Shown here: positions 25,739 through 27,151 of the stretch, piece after piece | Layout: each line of letters starts with the position of its first letter | How positions within the stretch are numbered: position 1 is the first letter of the stretch | IMG/VR virus record: IMGVR_UViG_3300025083_000183 | Coordinates: 1-27,151 of that record | DNA length: 27,151 nt | Direction: 5' to 3' (one strand) | Source of the DNA: a virus | Taxonomy: Duplodnaviria; Caudoviricetes | The notes under the pieces: generated by a model | The model's database searches: none | Seen by the model: the letters and a program-made list of their open reading frames with translations, nothing else | What the model was told of the DNA's origin: nothing | Position numbers and translations under genes: made by a program

Positions 25739-27151
25739 TGGCTTACAAACTTAATAAAACAAACGGAACACTACTAACAGAATTAGTAGACGGACAAATA
25801 GACACTACTTCCTGCGATTTAACACTTATAGGTAGAAATTATGTTGGCTTTGGCGAAGCATTTAATGAAAACTTAATAAAATTGCTTGAAAATTTTGCTA
25901 GTACTGGCGCTCCGTCTACACCGATTACAGGACAAATTTGGTACGATTCGTCAGAAGCACGACTAAAAGTGTATGATGGCTCTGCATTCAAATCAAATGG
26001 TCCTATAGTACAAAACACACAACCTCAAATGGTTGCTGGTGATATTTGGATTAATAACTCAACAAATAAGTTATACTTTTTTGACGGAACAGATTTAGTA
26101 TTAGTAGGACCTGTATGGGAAAATGCACAAGGACTAAGCGGCTGGGAAGTTGACACAGTTAGAGATAGATCAGCAGTTGATCATACTCTATTAAAAATGT
26201 ATGTAGGCGGAGTACTAGTAGCATTCGTAAGTAATGATGTGTATACTCCTACATTAGAAGAACAATCAAAATTAGGAATAACAACTGGTATTAGAAAAGG
26301 TATTAGTTTTATTGATGAAGATAATTTTAGAATTTATGGTGTTGCTGACGCTGCTGATTCATTAATTACTGACCAAATAGATCCTGACACAGGACTAAGA
26401 ATTAGAAAAACAGCTGGCCAATTTTTACCATCAGGATCTAATGGAACAACAACAGGATCGTTGTTTATTCAAAATCAGTCAGGTTTAACTATTGGTAACA
26501 GTGGACAAACTAGAATGTTTGTTACTGCTGAAGGCACAGTAATACAAAACAATGCCATTAATGATACATTTAGATATAGACTGTTAGGAGATACAGACTA
26601 TGACGGCATAGTAATAAATCCAGCAAATAGAGGATTTGGTATTAACTTAGGTGCAGGTGATTTACCAACAGCAAATTTAGAAGTTAACGGTGATACAATC
26701 ATTAGAGGTGACTTAACAGTTCAAGGTAGTAGTATTACAATTGAAACAAGTACTCTTACTGTTGATGATTATAATATTGAACTGGGAGCAGGTGACACTA
26801 CAATTACATTAGATGTTGCTGTAGCTTCAAATATTGCATCGCAATTGTCTGTTAATGAGATTATTACACAATCTACAACAAATGCAAGTGGATTTTTTAA
26901 GAGTATTTCTACAGATAGAACACAGATTGTAATGGAACCAAGAGACGGTAATTTTACAGCTAGTACAAATACAGTAACAGCGGCAAGTGCCGGAGTATTA
27001 TATCAAGCAGACGGAGCAACTGAAGTTAACATTGGCAGTGTTGCACAACGAACTGATGCAACAGCAGACGGTGCTGGTATAATTGTTAAAGGTCCTGCGT
27101 CTACTACAAATTTATACGATAAACACGTTAAGTGGGTTAACGATACAGTTA
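25738..27151 (+). CDS. Tail fibre-like protein, paralog of the preceding gene; 3'-truncated (not in supplied ORF track)
   Basis: ATG overlaps the previous stop (TAATG), with SD AGGAG at 25723-25727. My translation is open for 471 codons to the window end: MAYKLNKTNGTLLTELVDGQIDTTSCDLTLIGRNYVGFGEAFNENLIKLLENFASTGAPSTPITGQIWYD...LKVYDG...GDIWINN...LYFFDGTDLVLVGP...NLEVNGDTIIRGDLTVQG...TDATADGAGIIVKG. Confidence 0.88.
   Translation, partial: MAYKLNKTNGTLLTELVDGQIDTTSCDLTLIGRNYVGFGEAFNENLIKLLENFASTGAPSTPITGQIWYDSSEARLKVYDGSAFKSNGPIVQNTQPQMVAGDIWINNSTNKLYFFDGTDLVLVGPVWENAQGLSGWEVDTVRDRSAVDHTLLKMYVGGVLVAFVSNDVYTPTLEEQSKLGITTGIRKGISFIDEDNFRIYGVADAADSLITDQIDPDTGLRIRKTAGQFLPSGSNGTTTGSLFIQNQSGLTIGNSGQTRMFVTAEGTVIQNNAINDTFRYRLLGDTDYDGIVINPANRGFGINLGAGDLPTANLEVNGDTIIRGDLTVQGSSITIETSTLTVDDYNIELGAGDTTITLDVAVASNIASQLSVNEIITQSTTNASGFFKSISTDRTQIVMEPRDGNFTASTNTVTAASAGVLYQADGATEVNIGSVAQRTDATADGAGIIVKGPASTTNLYDKHVKWVNDTV

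Noticed and set aside
1-27151. Alternative genetic code or stop-codon recoding
   Set aside because: Genes tile the window almost completely under the standard code, including a 16.9-kb ORF. TAG and TAA act as stops at sensible boundaries.
1-27151. Bacterial contractile system (T6SS, eCIS, tailocin) rather than a phage
   Set aside because: No host, effector or T6SS membrane genes are present. The T4-like gp6, late-promoter-like motifs and fibre paralogs fit a large myovirus better, although capsid genes are outside the window.

Overview
The window is one + strand, AT-rich, tightly packed structural operon of a large myovirus (contractile-tailed phage, probably jumbo-sized), covering the baseplate and tail-fibre genes. 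Gene order: (1) a gp5/gpV-like baseplate spike with a C-terminal GH19 glycoside hydrolase domain, truncated at the window start, since the frame is open from base 3 rather than 267; (2) a gp25/gpW-like wedge protein; (3) an enlarged gp6/gpJ-like wedge protein of 1170 aa; (4) a giant 5624-aa mosaic protein at the gp7/gpI position; (5) a 205-aa probable fibre-attachment protein; (6) a 724-aa fibre with a tail-collar domain; (7) a paralogous fibre gene from 25738 that runs off the window end and is missing from the ORF track. A TAAATAC motif resembling the T4 late promoter precedes three genes. I saw no RNA genes, CRISPR arrays, mobile elements or recoding. The most unusual features are in the giant protein: a roughly 320-aa metalloenzyme-like cassette (EHxxH motif) between Pro-rich linkers, a seven-blade FG-GAP propeller split by a roughly 790-aa insertion, and a cupredoxin-like domain lacking its metal ligands. 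All family assignments come from motif recognition by eye, with no database searches, and I cannot claim a new biological system from this window alone.
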